DNA from: Felis catus
Lineage: Eukaryota
DNA: 64,000 bases
NCBI RefSeq assembly: GCF_018350175.1
Contig: NC_058368.1
Span: 47,680,001 to 47,744,000 of the forward strand
Reading direction: 5' to 3'
In this document: piece by piece, positions 12,522 to 25,460 of the stretch
Numbering within the stretch: position 1 is the first letter of the stretch
Layout of the letters: every line of letters starts with the position of its first letter
Notes under the pieces: generated by a model
Databases searched by the model: none
Told to the model about the DNA's origin: nothing
Seen by the model: the letters and a program-made list of their open reading frames with translations, nothing else
Program-made: the position numbers and the translations under genes

Positions 12522-15119
12522 GGGATCATCTGACTGGCTCAGTCAATAGAGTGTGCGACCCTTGATGTCAGGGTCATGAGTTCAAACCCCACACTGGGCA
12601 TGGAGCCTACGTAATCAAAAAAATTAAAAAGTAACTTTTTGATTCTAACATTGTGAATTCTAATGGCGGCTTCTTCCTGTTGTACTTTAGCTGGTAAGGT
12701 AATTTTGAAGTAAGGAATTTCTTTGTGAACATGGAAGGAGGGTGGTGAAGGTTGAACGATCTGGGGAATCTCTCATTTGGTTGGTAAGAAAGCCGGGTCC
12801 GCTGCCTAGATAGACTCACTTAAGTTGGGCCCTGCCTGTGAAGACTCTAAATATTTATTTCTGTGATTCCAAGATTATATCTTTTTTGGAAAACAAAGTA
12901 ATGATATGTAATAGACATCATCTTTTTTTTTTTTTCCTTTAGAAAAGTGGCACTGGTTGAGCACTAATGGATTCTTAGTTTCTAGCTCTTTTTCTAGATT
13001 CCAGGAATAATCTACCAGGTGTATTATGCCTGCATTATCATCATTCTTTCTTATTTTAAATACTTTCTCAATATGTTGTAATCTCCAAGTAACATACTAA
13101 TTTTTTTGAGATAGCATGAGCAGCAGAGGAGCAGAGAGAGAGAGACTCCCAAGCAGGTTCCACACTGTCTGTGCAGAGCACAGATGCAAGGCTTGAACTC
13201 ACCAACCATGAGGTCATGACCTGAGCTGAAATCAAGAGTCAGACTTTTAATCTGCTTAATAGACTGAGCCACCCAAGCCCCCCAGAGTAATATACTGATG
13301 TTTTAGTTGACTGCTTCTCCGTGACAATAGGTGCCTATCTTATCAGTTATTTATCTCCAGAATCACATTGTAGTGGTAGATTACTCCTGATAAGTTTCCA
13401 GTTCATCCTGTCATTTGTGTGTAGCACAGCCCTCTGAGCTCTCCCTACATCTGGAGTACAGCTTACTTTAGCGTTTGTTAACACTCATAATCCAAAATTT
13501 CCATTGATTTGTATGGTTTCTTTATAAAATTGCAAATATAATTAGCCTAAACCAGCACATAAGAATTAAAGCTGTGTTCCATATACACATATAAAAAAGA
13601 TTTCATGTAATGGAAACTGTGAGAGATCAAATATCTCGAAAGTCAGTTTATAAAGAGGAAAAGCCACTAATGCCTGGAAAGAGGTACATTTGATTATGGC
13701 AAATCTACTTCATTAGCACATCTGTTAAAAGGAGGTACTGATGGGGAGGGGATGGAAGGGACTTAGTCTGCAGTGGACCAGACAGATAAATGGAGTCAGG
13801 AAAAACTGTCTACTACTGAAATTCTTATATTGTCCTTTTTGGGTCTTAAGATTCCTTTTCAATATCAAGAGTTTTATTTACTTTCTTCCCATACACACAT
13901 AGTAGTAATATTTTTTGTATCATTTGATTGAAAAAAACACAGGTGTACAAATTATCTACCCTTTGCTATAAGCTGTAGCTTAGTCTACAGAAGCCGCTTA
14001 GAGATTTTTTTTTTTTGTCAAGGAGCCACAGTTAAAAACAAAACAAAACAGTTCACATTGTGACTTAGTGACCGTCACACACTTTGTCAAAACAGAATTT
14101 GCCCCAGCTGTGGCACGTACTCTGACCTTTTCTATTCTAGTCTGTTGGGGTTTTTTTAAGTGGATTTTATTTTTGCATATCTGAATTCCTGCTGTAAAGC
14201 ATTTAAAGCTAAATGAGGTTTTTAAAATATTTTTAATTTTTTAATTTTTCTCTTTCTTGAGAGTGAGAGGGGGCACAAGTGAGCAAGGGGCAGAGAAAGA
14301 GAGAATCCCAGAAGGGGCAGAAAGAGAGGAAGAGAGAGAGAGAAACGGGGCTCACCCAGTGTGGGACTTGAACTCACAAACTGTGAGATCATGCCCTGAG
14401 CCTAAGTCAGACGCTTAATCGACTGAGCCACCCCAGTGCTCCAACAATTGTATTTCTTATTACCAGTTAATAAACTAGCATTCTGATTCTTTTGGATTTA
14501 GTTGGCATCTGCCACATTTTTTTTTTTTGCTTTTGCTTTTAAAGATCTTATTTTTTTTAAAGTAATCTCTACACCCAACATGTGTCTTGAACTCTCAACC
14601 CTGACATCAGGAGTCACATGCTCTACCAACTGAACTCACCAGGTACCCCAGCCTCTGCCACTTTTTAAAATCTCTTAGCAGATAGCACCTGCCCTTCCCT
14701 ATGATTTCCTGATTTGGCCATGGAAGCTTCTTTCACCTTTTTTTTTAAATATTGTGCATTGTATTCTTCTTTTTTTCTTTTGATTTTTTTATTTATTTAT
14801 TTTTGAAAGAGAGAGCATGCAAGAGAGCTGGAGAGGGGCAGAGAAAGAGGGGGACAGAGGATCCGAAGTTGGCTATTTGAAGTTGGCTCTTTGCTGAGAG
14901 CAGAGAGCCCAATGTGGGCTCGAACTCGAGGACTGGAGATCATGACCGGAGCCAACATCAGATACTTAGATACTTAACCAACTGAGCCATCCAAGATCCC
15001 CTTATTCTTTTTTTTTTTTTTTTTTTTTTTAGTAGGCTCCATGGCCAACGTGGGGCTTGAACTCAAGACCCTGAGATCAAGAGTTACATGCCCTACCAAC
15101 TGAGCCAGCCAGGAACCCC
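12522..15119. mobile_element. Scattered CanSINEs: 12522-12630 (+, short type), 13100-13283 (-), 14218-14443 (-), 14540-14649 (-, short), 14765-15001 (-), 15008-15119 (-, short)
   Basis: SINE head motifs and tails; the intervening DNA is unique or old repeat. Confidence 0.88.
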
Positions 15120-16457
15120 TCTTTCACCTTTAGTACTAAGGACTTTGAACTTTGTTTTAATGAAGGAAATACTGAAGTGTTTTAATACAGATTTACATTT
15201 TAGAAAGCTAAGGTTAGAAGGATTGTGGACAATTAATTGAACACAAGAGAGAGCCAAATCAGAATTAGGAGGTCATACAGGAATTAAGCTAGAAACAATG
15301 ACGGCCCAGTGAGGTCAAGAAAGGAACAGAATAAGTTAAAAAGGTATTCAATAAAAGTTAAGTTTTAGCCTGTTTATAATGGGTGTAGTCAGTGAAAAGG
15401 AGAAATCTAGGATGAAGAAGAATCAAATATTTCTGGTTTCAATGATTGAGCAAAGTATGATACTGTTCACCAAGACAGAGACGATGGAGGGATGGGGGAG
15501 TTCATTTTGACAGACTGAATTTTAGTCACCTGTAGGAACCATCCTGTGAAAGTATCTATAGCTCATTAGAGCCACAGTGTAAAACGGGGGTGGAGGAGGG
15601 TCCACCGATTTATTTGGTGGTCATTGAACCTGGCCAATGGCATAGATAAGGTCAAGAGGAGTTGATCATTGATGTCACTTCCAACATTGTGTACATCTGC
15701 TATGGAACATAAAACAATATAAAAAAGATAAAATCATAAGCTATCATACTAATCTATGTGCCTACACATATGTATACATATATGTATCTATATTTAGGAA
15801 TATGGTCCTTCTTACTTTGAAGCAGATCTAAGTGGGAAAGAAGTACACTGTATACTTATTGTAATATTGTATAAAATAGGATGTTTTGATCGGAATCAGT
15901 GCCTTATGTATACAGGGTTCTGAGTGCTTTATTCTGTAATGGTCAACCTCCCTTGCTTTTTTGTTACTACTCTGTACAGCCAGACGCTTTTTAGTGAAAC
16001 AATTGAGCAGTAAAGCTTAAGAAGTACTCTGGCAAATACTTTGCAATTCAGAAGCTCAAAGTACAGTGATTTGGCCCCACTAATCCTTCAGTAAATATCC
16101 ATTGAGTGGATAAATATCCATATATAGATGCATAAGACAAACGAAAAGAGCCATGTCCTTGATTTTTTGTAATTCTCTTTGAAAATAAAATCAATTCATA
16201 AATACTTACCTATGTGTGTGTTATGTACAAGCCTTGAGCCAGAAAACACAGATGTGTGTTTTTTCTACAGACCTACCAGATGAGAAATTATTTCTGAACC
16301 TTTGCCTTTGAGTATCCTTCCGAATTAAGAAAAGCAATTATTTCCTGCAATTTTACACACAAAGCCCCAGTATATATAGGTACTTGGTTCTCTGAATGGC
16401 CTCTCTTATTTTCCTTATAAGCATTTTACTTGATTTTTGTTTTTTTGTTTTTAACAG

Positions 16458-16508
16458 ACCAAAAAAGAAGCACCTGAGTGGTCTAAGAAACAAAAGATGA
16501 AGACCTAG
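16458..16508 (+). CDS. PIBF1: PIBF1 terminal coding exon (TKKEAPEWSKKQKMKT*)
   Basis: Long T-rich tract plus ttaacag|ACC. 16 codons then TAG at 16506-16508, in phase with the 7024-7197 exon. Matches the recalled human C-terminal peptide. Confidence 0.93.
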   Translation, partial: TKKEAPEWSKKQKMKT

Positions 16509-17000
16509 TGTTTTGGATGGATTTGCTGTATCATTATTTACTCCTGAAGTTCTTTCTCTGATGAGCAAAAAGTTTATCTTAATCATGGACTTGACATTTT
16601 TTTTTTAAATAACCAAAGCTTATTTTAACCAAATGTTAAATTAAGAGATTTCAGCCTAAGAATCAAAATGTATAACGTGCAGACAGTAGTCCACTTTGTA
16701 TTTGGTTTTATCTATTGTGTTACAAAATAAATATCATATACTCTTATGATTTACATTTTGGAGCTTTTTTCTAAGTATATAAATACTAGGCTTAAATGTC
16801 GTAACACAAATACCAAGACACATTACGTTTTTAAAATTAAGAATCATTTGTGAAATCTATTAGAAGACACTTCAAATGCCCAGTGACGGTGGTCAAATAT
16901 CATGTAGGCGAATATGAATTGCCGACTATTTCTTTGGGCTCTGTTTTTCCTTATAATATGATCATTAATCAATAAAGTCTAGTAGAAAATCTGTTACTCC
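16509..17000 (+). terminator. PIBF1: PIBF1 3' UTR with candidate polyadenylation signals
   Basis: AATAAA at 16726-16731 and 16971-16976 downstream of the stop. The cleavage site is inferred, not seen. Confidence 0.6.
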
Positions 17001-17225
17001 GTTGGTCATAAAGAATTTGGTAGAAAGTCTCTTGGTACATTGGTCTAAACAGTGCTGATTCAGATGCAGTATGGACCCAATTTCTAGTCAGTGAGTAAAA
17101 AAAATGAATAATACTTTCTCTTTTTCTTGATACAAAATATGTCCCATTTCTCATTCAAGAGATAAAACGTAAAGAAGGGGAAGGAGGGAAATAGAGAAAG
17201 AAAAGAAAAATATGTTTTTATAAAT

Positions 17226-17445
17226 CAGGTTTTCTCAACCAGTGTTGAACATAGTGGCTGGATAATTCTTCGTTCCTGGTGGAGTTGGTGGGGGCAGTTC
17301 TCTGCATTGTGAGATGTTCAGCAGCATCTCTGGCCTCCGCCACTAGATGACAGTAGCACCACCACCCCCAGTTGTGTTAAGCAGAACCGTCTCTGTCCTC
17401 GGGGGTAGCAAAGTCCCTCCCTATTTCCTAGTGAGGAACCAGTGA
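17226..17445. mobile_element. MER20-like hAT DNA transposon
   Basis: caggttttctcaacc...tgcattgtgagatgttcagcagcatctctggcctc...cactagatg..cagtagcacc...gaggaaccagtg. Confidence 0.85.
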
Positions 17446-17908
17446 TACGGAAGTTGATTTCTGTAGATGTGAAACACAAGTACCATCTGTTCAATGTGTT
17501 CTTTGAAATCACAATAGTGCAGACTGTTAGGTGAGTGAGAGAACAGAAAAAGCCTTTGATGATAGTATATACTTACAAATCTATCATCGACCTGAAGACC
17601 CTAATCTCATCTCCCCTCTTTGTTTCATTTAGTTAAACATCTTCTAATATACTACTTTCTGCAACAAAGGTTTGTGAATATGACCTTTCTTAGGCGTGCA
17701 TGTAAAATCCAGAGTACTTACATGATTCATTAAAACTAAATTCGTAGACATAATTTGTTTCCTTCTAAAATGATAGAAAATGTCTTATGTTCAATTCTAA
17801 TTATTAATCTAAAAGCATTTTATAATTTATTTTAGTCAATCCATTATTATATGATATTTTAATATAAAGGGATACTGATTGATTACCCAAGTTAAAGTAA
17901 TGATGCGA

Positions 17909-19437
17909 TGGCACAAAAACAGACACTCAGATCAATGGAACCGAATAGAAAACTGAGAAATGGGCCCACAAACGAATGGCCAGCTAATCTTTGACAAAGC
18001 AGGAAAGAATATCCAATGGAATAAGGACAGTCTCTTCAGCAAGTGATGCTGGCAAGACTGGACAGTGACATGCAGAAGAATGAGCTTGGACCACTTTCTT
18101 ACACCAGTCACAAAAATAAACTCAAAATGGATGAAAGACTTCAATTTTTTCTAAATATATATAATATTTATATTATTATAAATATATATAAATATACATA
18201 TATATATATATATACATATATATATATGACAGGAAGCCATCAAAATCTTCGAGGAGAAAGCAGACAAAAACCTCTTTGATCTTGCCCGCAGCAACTTCTT
18301 ACTCAACACACCTCTGGAGTCAAGAAAAACAGGAGTAAAAATGAACTGTTGGGACCTCATCAAAATAAAAAGCTTCTGCACAGCGAAGGAAACAATCAGC
18401 AAACTGAAAGGCAACTGGCAGAATGGGAGAAGGTATTTGCAAACGACATATCAGATAAAGGGTTAGTATCCAAAATCTAAAGAACTTCTCAAACTCACCA
18501 CCCAAAAAATAAATATTCCAGTGAAGAAATGGGCAAAAGACATGAATAGACCCTTCTCCAAAGAAGACATCCAGATGGCCAGCCAACACATGAAAAAATG
18601 CTCAACATCATTCATCATCAGGGAAATACAAATCAAAACCACAATGAGATATCACCTCACACCTGTCAGAATGTCTAACAGTAACAATTCAGGCAGCAAC
18701 AGGTGTTGGCAAGGATGCCGAGAAAGAGGATCTCTTGTACTGCTGGTGGGAATGCAAATTGGTGCAGCCACTCTGGAAAACAGAATGGAGGTTCCTCAGA
18801 AAATTAAAAAAAGAACTACCCTACAACCCAGCAATTGCACTACTAGGTATTTATCCAAGGGATACAGGTGTGCTGTTTTGAAGGGACACATGCACCCCAA
18901 TATTTATTACAGCACTATCAACAATAGCCAAAGTATGGAAAGAGCCCAAATGTCCATCGATGGATGAATGGATAAAGAAGATGTATATATATACAATGGA
19001 GTATTACTCAGCAATCAAAAAGAATGAAATCTTGCCATTTTCAACTACGTGGATGGAACTAGAGGGTATTATGTCAAGCGAAATTAGTCAGAGAAAGACC
19101 AATATCATATGACTTCACTCATATGAGGACTTTAAGAGACAAAACAGATGAACATAAGGGAATGGAAGCAAAAATAAAAATGGAGGGGGACAAAACATAA
19201 GAGACTCTTAAATATGGAAAACAAACAAAGGGTTACGGGGAGGGCCTGTGGGAGAGGGGATGGGCTAAATGGGTAAGGGGCATTAAGGAATCTACTCCTG
19301 AAATCATTGTTGCACTATACGATAGCTAACTTGAATGTAAATTTAAAAAATAAATTAAGTAAATAAGTAAATAATAAAATCAAAGCTGTATAGGAAAAAA
19401 TAAATGGTTAAAAATGTTTTAAAAAATAAACAAATAA
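17909..19437 (+). mobile_element. 5'-truncated carnivore/felid L1 (ORF2 C-terminus, 3' UTR, tail) with TSD
   Basis: ORF2 remnant [28 protein letters not shown] with stops and frameshifts; TSD taaagta(a/g)tgatg(c/t)ga at 17893-17908 and 19438-19453; internal (TA)n expansion ~18156-18227. Confidence 0.95.
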
Positions 19438-19669
19438 TAAAGTAGTGATGTGAACAAGGGCACAGAAGTAGGAAAATTAGGAGCTCATTTAAGAAATAGA
19501 AACTGCAGTGATGAAGAAATTGAGGAAGTCTTTCTGTCTCCAGATCCTTAATATTCTTCCCTCTTTCTTTCCTTTCATTACTAGATATAATTCCTTGGGG
19601 AAGAAAAGTTCCTAGTATCATTTCTTACCATAATATCTATTAATAAATCTCAGGGTTAGAATGTTTTGT

Positions 19670-19915
19670 TTTTTATTGAATTATATTTGACATACTATAA
19701 TTTTTAGTTTCAGATGCACAACATAGGGAGTTGATATTTTTATACATTATGAAATGACCACCACAATAGGTCTAGTTACCCTATGTCACCAAAGTTATTA
19801 CAATGTTATTGACTATATTCCTTAGTTGTACATTATATCCCCATGACTTATATTATTGTATAACTAGAAGATTGTACCTCTTAATCCCTATTACCTATTT
19901 CACCCATTCCTTAAC
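19670..19915 (-). mobile_element. L1 3' UTR end
   Basis: tattgactatattccttagttgtacattatatccccatgactt...taactagaagattgtacctc. Confidence 0.8.
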
Positions 19916-20376
19916 TTCCTGCTTGATTGTGATATGAAAGCTTCTTGGAAGACCTTTGTGGATTTCTAATTCAGATGCCACTCCTATCAGAAAGTCTTAT
20001 CTGTTCTGCCATAATAATCTGTATTAAATTCTCTGTACTTTATCTATCTTTAATTCTGCCTACCATGTTTTATAATAATTGCTTATGCTTGTCCATTTCC
20101 TTGAAGGCAAGAATTATTTCTTAGGCTTTTTTGGTCCTCAGTAATTTAGCACTATGCCTTGAACTTAAGTAGGAAATGTTTATTTGATGAATTTGAGCAG
20201 AGATGAGATACAGTGATGTAAATTTTTATTTTACTAATGTCTTAAAAACTAGAGGTTTTTTTTTTTTTTAGTATTATGAAATCTATTGTAGCTCATTTCT
20301 TAATGTCACTACAACCCTTGCCTTTTCTCCAAATTTCCAGACCTTCACTTCTTCACTTTTTCCTCCTTACCATTTC

Positions 20377-20411
<35 letters not shown>

Positions 20412-20852
20412 GGTAAAAAACACATAACAAAATTTTTAATGTACAGTTTTTTTAATGTACATTTAATTTTTAAATGTACAGTTCAGTAGTATTGACTCTA
20501 TTCACATAGTTGTACAGCAAACCTCCAGACTTTCTCATCTCTCAAATCTGAAATACTCATTAAACAGCCTCTCATTTCCCCTTCTTCCCTCCCCAGCAAC
20601 CCACCATACTTCTGTTTCTATGAATTTGACTACTTTAGATTTCATATAAGTGGAATCATACAGTATTTGTCTTTTTATGACTGGCTTATTACACGCAGCA
20701 AAATGTCCTCAAGGTTCATCCACATTGTAGCATATGTCAAAATTTCCTTATTTATTGCTGAATAATATTCTACTGTTTGTATATAACACATTTTTTTTAA
20801 TCCATTTATCCCTTGATGGACATCTGGGTTGCTTTCACCTCTTGACTATTAC
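20377..20852 (-). mobile_element. Old L1 3' fragment with (TTA)n tail
   Basis: tcatataagtggaatcatacagtatttgtc...caaggttcatccacattgtagcat; (TTA)n at ~20377-20411. Confidence 0.85.
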
Positions 20853-20999
20853 AAATCTCCTTATTTCCTAACTTTATCATAATCCTTTCCTGGCTTTGGC
20901 ATTTTCTTATTAAAACGTAAATAAAACAAAATTAGCATAATATTCTTTTTTTTCCTGGTAAATGTTTTATGAAACGTTGCCCAAATGTAAGAGTAATGG

Positions 21000-21230
21000 C
21001 TACCATTATCAAGCTCATTCTGTCAGCCAGTTGCTGTGTTACATGCTTTCTACTCCTTAATTTACTTAATCTAAACAGTAACTTTGCCAAGTAAGCATTA
21101 TCTTCATTTTTAAAATGAAGAAACTAAGACTCAGAGTAACTTAATGGCCCAAGATCAGACACGTAATAAATAGAAGTGGATCTGAACCAAGACTGTCTAA
21201 TTCTAATGGCCATGCTCTTTCCAGTATACT
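21000..21230 (-). mobile_element. MIR SINE
   Basis: MIR core: cattttaaaatgaagaaactaagactcagag...gcccaagatcagacac. Confidence 0.7.
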
Positions 21231-22369
21231 CTACTGCTTCTCATGCCTCACTCCCTATCCCCACCCCCACCCCAGTGGGACAGAAAGGAGGGGGAAAAAT
21301 CTTGATTTATCAGCTTTCTTTGGAGGGAAAAAAAAATGGATAAGATGTAGCATAGCTGAATTTTTATTCAAGAAAAATTTATAGGTATCGGATCTATTCC
21401 TAAAGATAATGTTCCAGTGTTAAAGGATTCTGACACTAAGGAATTCTGTGTTCTCACAGTTCTTACTAAGTTAATAGTATATAATAAGCTTTTCAGAAAC
21501 AACTGAATCATCCATGCATTAATTAATTCATGCATTCATTCGACAAACGTGAAACACTTAAAATGTGTAAGGCATTCAAACTTTGAAGTGTTTGTTCTCT
21601 TCCTTTTCCAAAGGGCTTTGAAAAAGAACTCTATGATGTCTCAAACACCAGAGAAGAGATTTTATCTTATCCTCAATGTAAGAATTTCTGAAAAGAGCTA
21701 TCACCCAGTGACCATGAGTACTCCAAATTCACCATATTATACCGACAGTGGTTAGATAATCACCCATCAGAAAGTTTAAAGCAGGATTCCCAACCCCTTA
21801 GAGAAGGTTGAAGCTATTAATGAGTCAGATTCCCTTTCATTCATTCTAAGATCTTGCGAAGCTAAGAATATGCAAAAAAAGGGGGCAGGGAAAATAATTT
21901 ATTTTAATGTTACTTAGTTTAGAAAGTAATAAGTACTATAAATGCTTCAAAGAAAGATTTCCTGAGGCTTAGAGGTCACCAGACAAAGCTTGGCGGCTAG
22001 CTATCAAGAGTCCTCACTAGGTATCGTTTCTTTTGGTTGATTTACAAGAGTCCATAGTCCAGGCCTCAGCTCTACAGGCTCAGAAACTTAATTTTATTAC
22101 TTAAGGTACTGAAGGTGACATCTTTCAAGAGTATGCCCCCACTCACTGGTGTATAAATTATGTATTTTGAGCAAGAAGTAAAACTATTCTACAGAATACA
22201 ACTCCATGATCGGCACAGATGGAACATTCCCTATTTTCCCTTGACTTCTGCAATACTGTAAACTCATCATTTTCCTCCTTCCTCCTCTTTTAGCTGATCA
22301 TGAAACATGAGAACATTTCAGTTTCTTTTTCCCCTTAAATCTTTTTCCTGTTCTGTGTTGAATCTCTTG

Positions 22370-22710
22370 ATAATTTCTACTCCCTGGCTTTAGTTACTAT
22401 ATGCCAATATTCCCAAATGTATATCTCTAGGTCAAACTGTTTCTTTTAACACCTGACTACTTGATGTGTCTACTTGGATGTCCCATTGTGACCTCAAACC
22501 TAACTTGAACCAAAACAAAACAAAAACAAAAAACCAAAACAAAACTGAATTCACCAAGTTTCTTTTCCAGTCCCTCAATAAATGGTACCACCATCTATGT
22601 ACTCTAAATGGCTCATAGCATGATTGTAGGAGTCATTCTAGACCCTTCTCTTATTAACTCCCAAGCATTCAATCACCCAGCCTTGTTGATCTGCCTCATA
22701 AATATTTCCC
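22370..22710 (+). mobile_element. L2 fragment
   Basis: tcccaaatgtatatctctag...tctacttggatgtccc...cctcaaacctaac...aaatggtaccaccatc. Confidence 0.65.
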
Positions 22711-24169
22711 CTTTTTAAAAAAATTTTGATTATGAGAATTTCCAAGTAAACAAAAGGGCAGCATAAACATTGGCAGGGCAGGGGGGGAGAGACAGATATG
22801 CTGTTTGTGGTAATGGTTTCGTGAGTGTTTACGGTTTATAAAATTGTACATTTTTTTAAATGTGCAGTTTATTATATGTCAGTTGTACCTTAAAAATGTT
22901 TGAAAAGAAAAGGAGGAAATCACTACTTAGTAACCCCTAATGAAATCAATGATTCGGGCATCAATCACCAATGAATGCTGAAGCAATGAGATACAAGGAT
23001 AATAGGGAACTTTACATCAGGCCATAATCACCTAAATTTTCTGATCAACCTTATTATCACTAAAAGTGGGGCAAGCAGAAATTATGTGCCTCTTGATGTG
23101 ATATAATGTGAAATATAAAACAATACCTATGCAGTATCCTTGGGAAAAACAAACTTACCCTGAATCAAATCAAGTCTTCAGATCTAACTTCAATCTAAAG
23201 GCAAAGCAAGAAATAGATCAAGCTGAATAACACTATGAAGAAGGAATTGACTAAATCCAGAATGTAGGACGTTATGGGTATTGGAATGTTCAATGTTTCC
23301 AGGCCTTATTTGTAGCCTCTTTGATAGAGCTGTGAAATTAACGTTCTTAAATGGAGGGGGGAAATCATAAGCTCCTATTGATACATCCAATCTAAGTTAA
23401 GATTTTTGTAGAGATTTCAACTTCTTGATTTTTATATTTTGTATTTCATTTTCTGTTTATGAATTTCTGTCATCAACTTAATTCAAGCCCTTATGTCCTC
23501 TTCCCTAAATTATATCAGTAGTATTCTACCTGATCTCCATAAATCTACTCATGCCTCTCTCCAAACCATTCTCCACAGAACAATCTTTTCTTTTTTTATA
23601 CGACAATTTTTTATTTAAAGTTTAATCTACAGTTTATATAAGTACTTATAAGTCATGAACTTGAAAAACAGAACAAAATACAATTGAGGTAGAAGTTAAG
23701 AGCACAGTGCCATGTTTCAGTAAATTTAATTCAAAATTGTAAATGACCAGATAGATGAGCCTTGATTTTTACTAAACCCATGTTAAATATTGATTGAAAT
23801 AAACAAACAAACATACAAACAAATAAATAAACAAATAATAAATATTGATTTCATATAAGGTAGAGAATAATTTTATTTTTCATTTAATGCAATCATGGCA
23901 ATTTTAATCATAATATTGTACATCATTGGCAATTTTTAAAATTCTTAACTATGTTGATCATAATGTAACACTTATTTCTCAATAGTTGCCAAAGGTATTT
24001 CACTTGCTACCTTCACAGACTAGAAGTTCAGAACTATGTTTTTTGTTTTTGTTTTTGTTTTGTACTGGCAAAATGAGTTTGTTCTGGAATAGCAGATAAA
24101 TTGTGATTTGGAACTAGAAAACTATGGTGAACCATAAGCAAGTTCCCAGAATTAACTTTAAAAACTACT

Positions 24170-25460
24170 GTATAAGGGGTTATTTTTTAATATAAAGAAC
24201 TTACACAACTCAACACCAATAATAATAATAATAATGCAATTAAAAATCAGGCAAAGGACCCAAATAGACATTTTTCAAAAAAAAATAAAAAGACATAAGA
24301 TGGCCAACAGACACATGAAAAGATGCTCAACACTTCTCATCATCAGGGAAATGCAAATCAAAACCACAATGAGATGTCACCTCACACATGTCAGAATGGC
24401 AGTCATCAAAAAAACAAGAAATAACAACTGTTGGTGAGATTGTGGAGAAATGGGAACCATCATGCACTGTTGGTGGGAATATAAATTGGTGCAACAACCG
24501 TGGGAAATGGTATGGCAGCTCTTTAAAAGTAGAAATACCAAAGAATTAATTTAATTTAATTAATAATTTAATTAATTAAGGGACACCTGGGTGGCTCAGT
24601 CAGTTAAGCACACAACTTCAGCTCAGGTCATGATCTCACGGTTCGTGGGTTTGAGCCCCATGTGCTGGCAGCTCAGAACCTGGAGCCTGCTTCAGATTCT
24701 GTGCCTCCCTGTTTCTCTGTCCCATCCCCACTCATGTTCTATCTCTCAAAAGGAAATAAATGTTAAAAAAAAAAAAAAGTAAAAACTTAATTAATTTAAA
24801 ATAGAAATACCATTTGATTCAGTAACTCCACTGCTGGGTTTTTACCCCCCAAAAAACAAAAATTCTAATTAGAATAGATATATGAACCCCTATGTTTATT
24901 GCAGAATTATTTAAAATAGCCAAGATATGAAAGCAACCCAAGTGTCCATTGATAAATGAATGGATAAAGATGTGGTATATACATAACAAGGGAATACTAC
25001 TCAGCCATAAAAAGAAATGAAATCTTGCCATTTGCAACAACATGGATGGACCTAGGGGGTATTATGCTAAGTGAAATAAGTCAGACAGAGAAAGGCAAAT
25101 ACCATATGATTTCTCTTATATGTCGAATATAAAAAGCAAAACAAGTGAACCAACACAGAAACAGACTTTTACATACAAGGAACAAACTAGTAGTTGCCAG
25201 AGGTGAAGTAGGTTGGGGTATGGGCAAAATAGATGAAGGGGACTAAGAGGTACAAATTTCCAGTTATGAAATTAGTAAGTCATGGCAAGGAAAAGTTCAG
25301 CAAAGGGAATATAGTTATAATTATAATAACATTGTATGGTGACAGATGTTGAGCATTGAGTAATGAACAGAATTGTCAACTCACCATGTTGTATGCCGGA
25401 AACTAATATAACATTGTATGCAAATTATACTTCAATAATAAATAAAAATCAAATTAAAAA
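24170..25460 (+). mobile_element. L1 3' fragment (ORF2 end and 3' UTR) with nested CanSINE at ~24579-24790
   Basis: ORF2 remnant MANRHMKRCSTLLIIREMQIKTTMRCHLT; L1 3' UTR ending tatacttcaataataaataaaa. Confidence 0.92.

Noticed and set aside
18521..18967. 148-aa ORF similar to L1 ORF2
   Set aside because: Frameshifted fragment of a 5'-truncated L1 with no endonuclease or RT domain.
23600..24170. Possible ancient hAT transposase remnant
   Set aside because: Only a vague resemblance; needs a Dfam HMM search.
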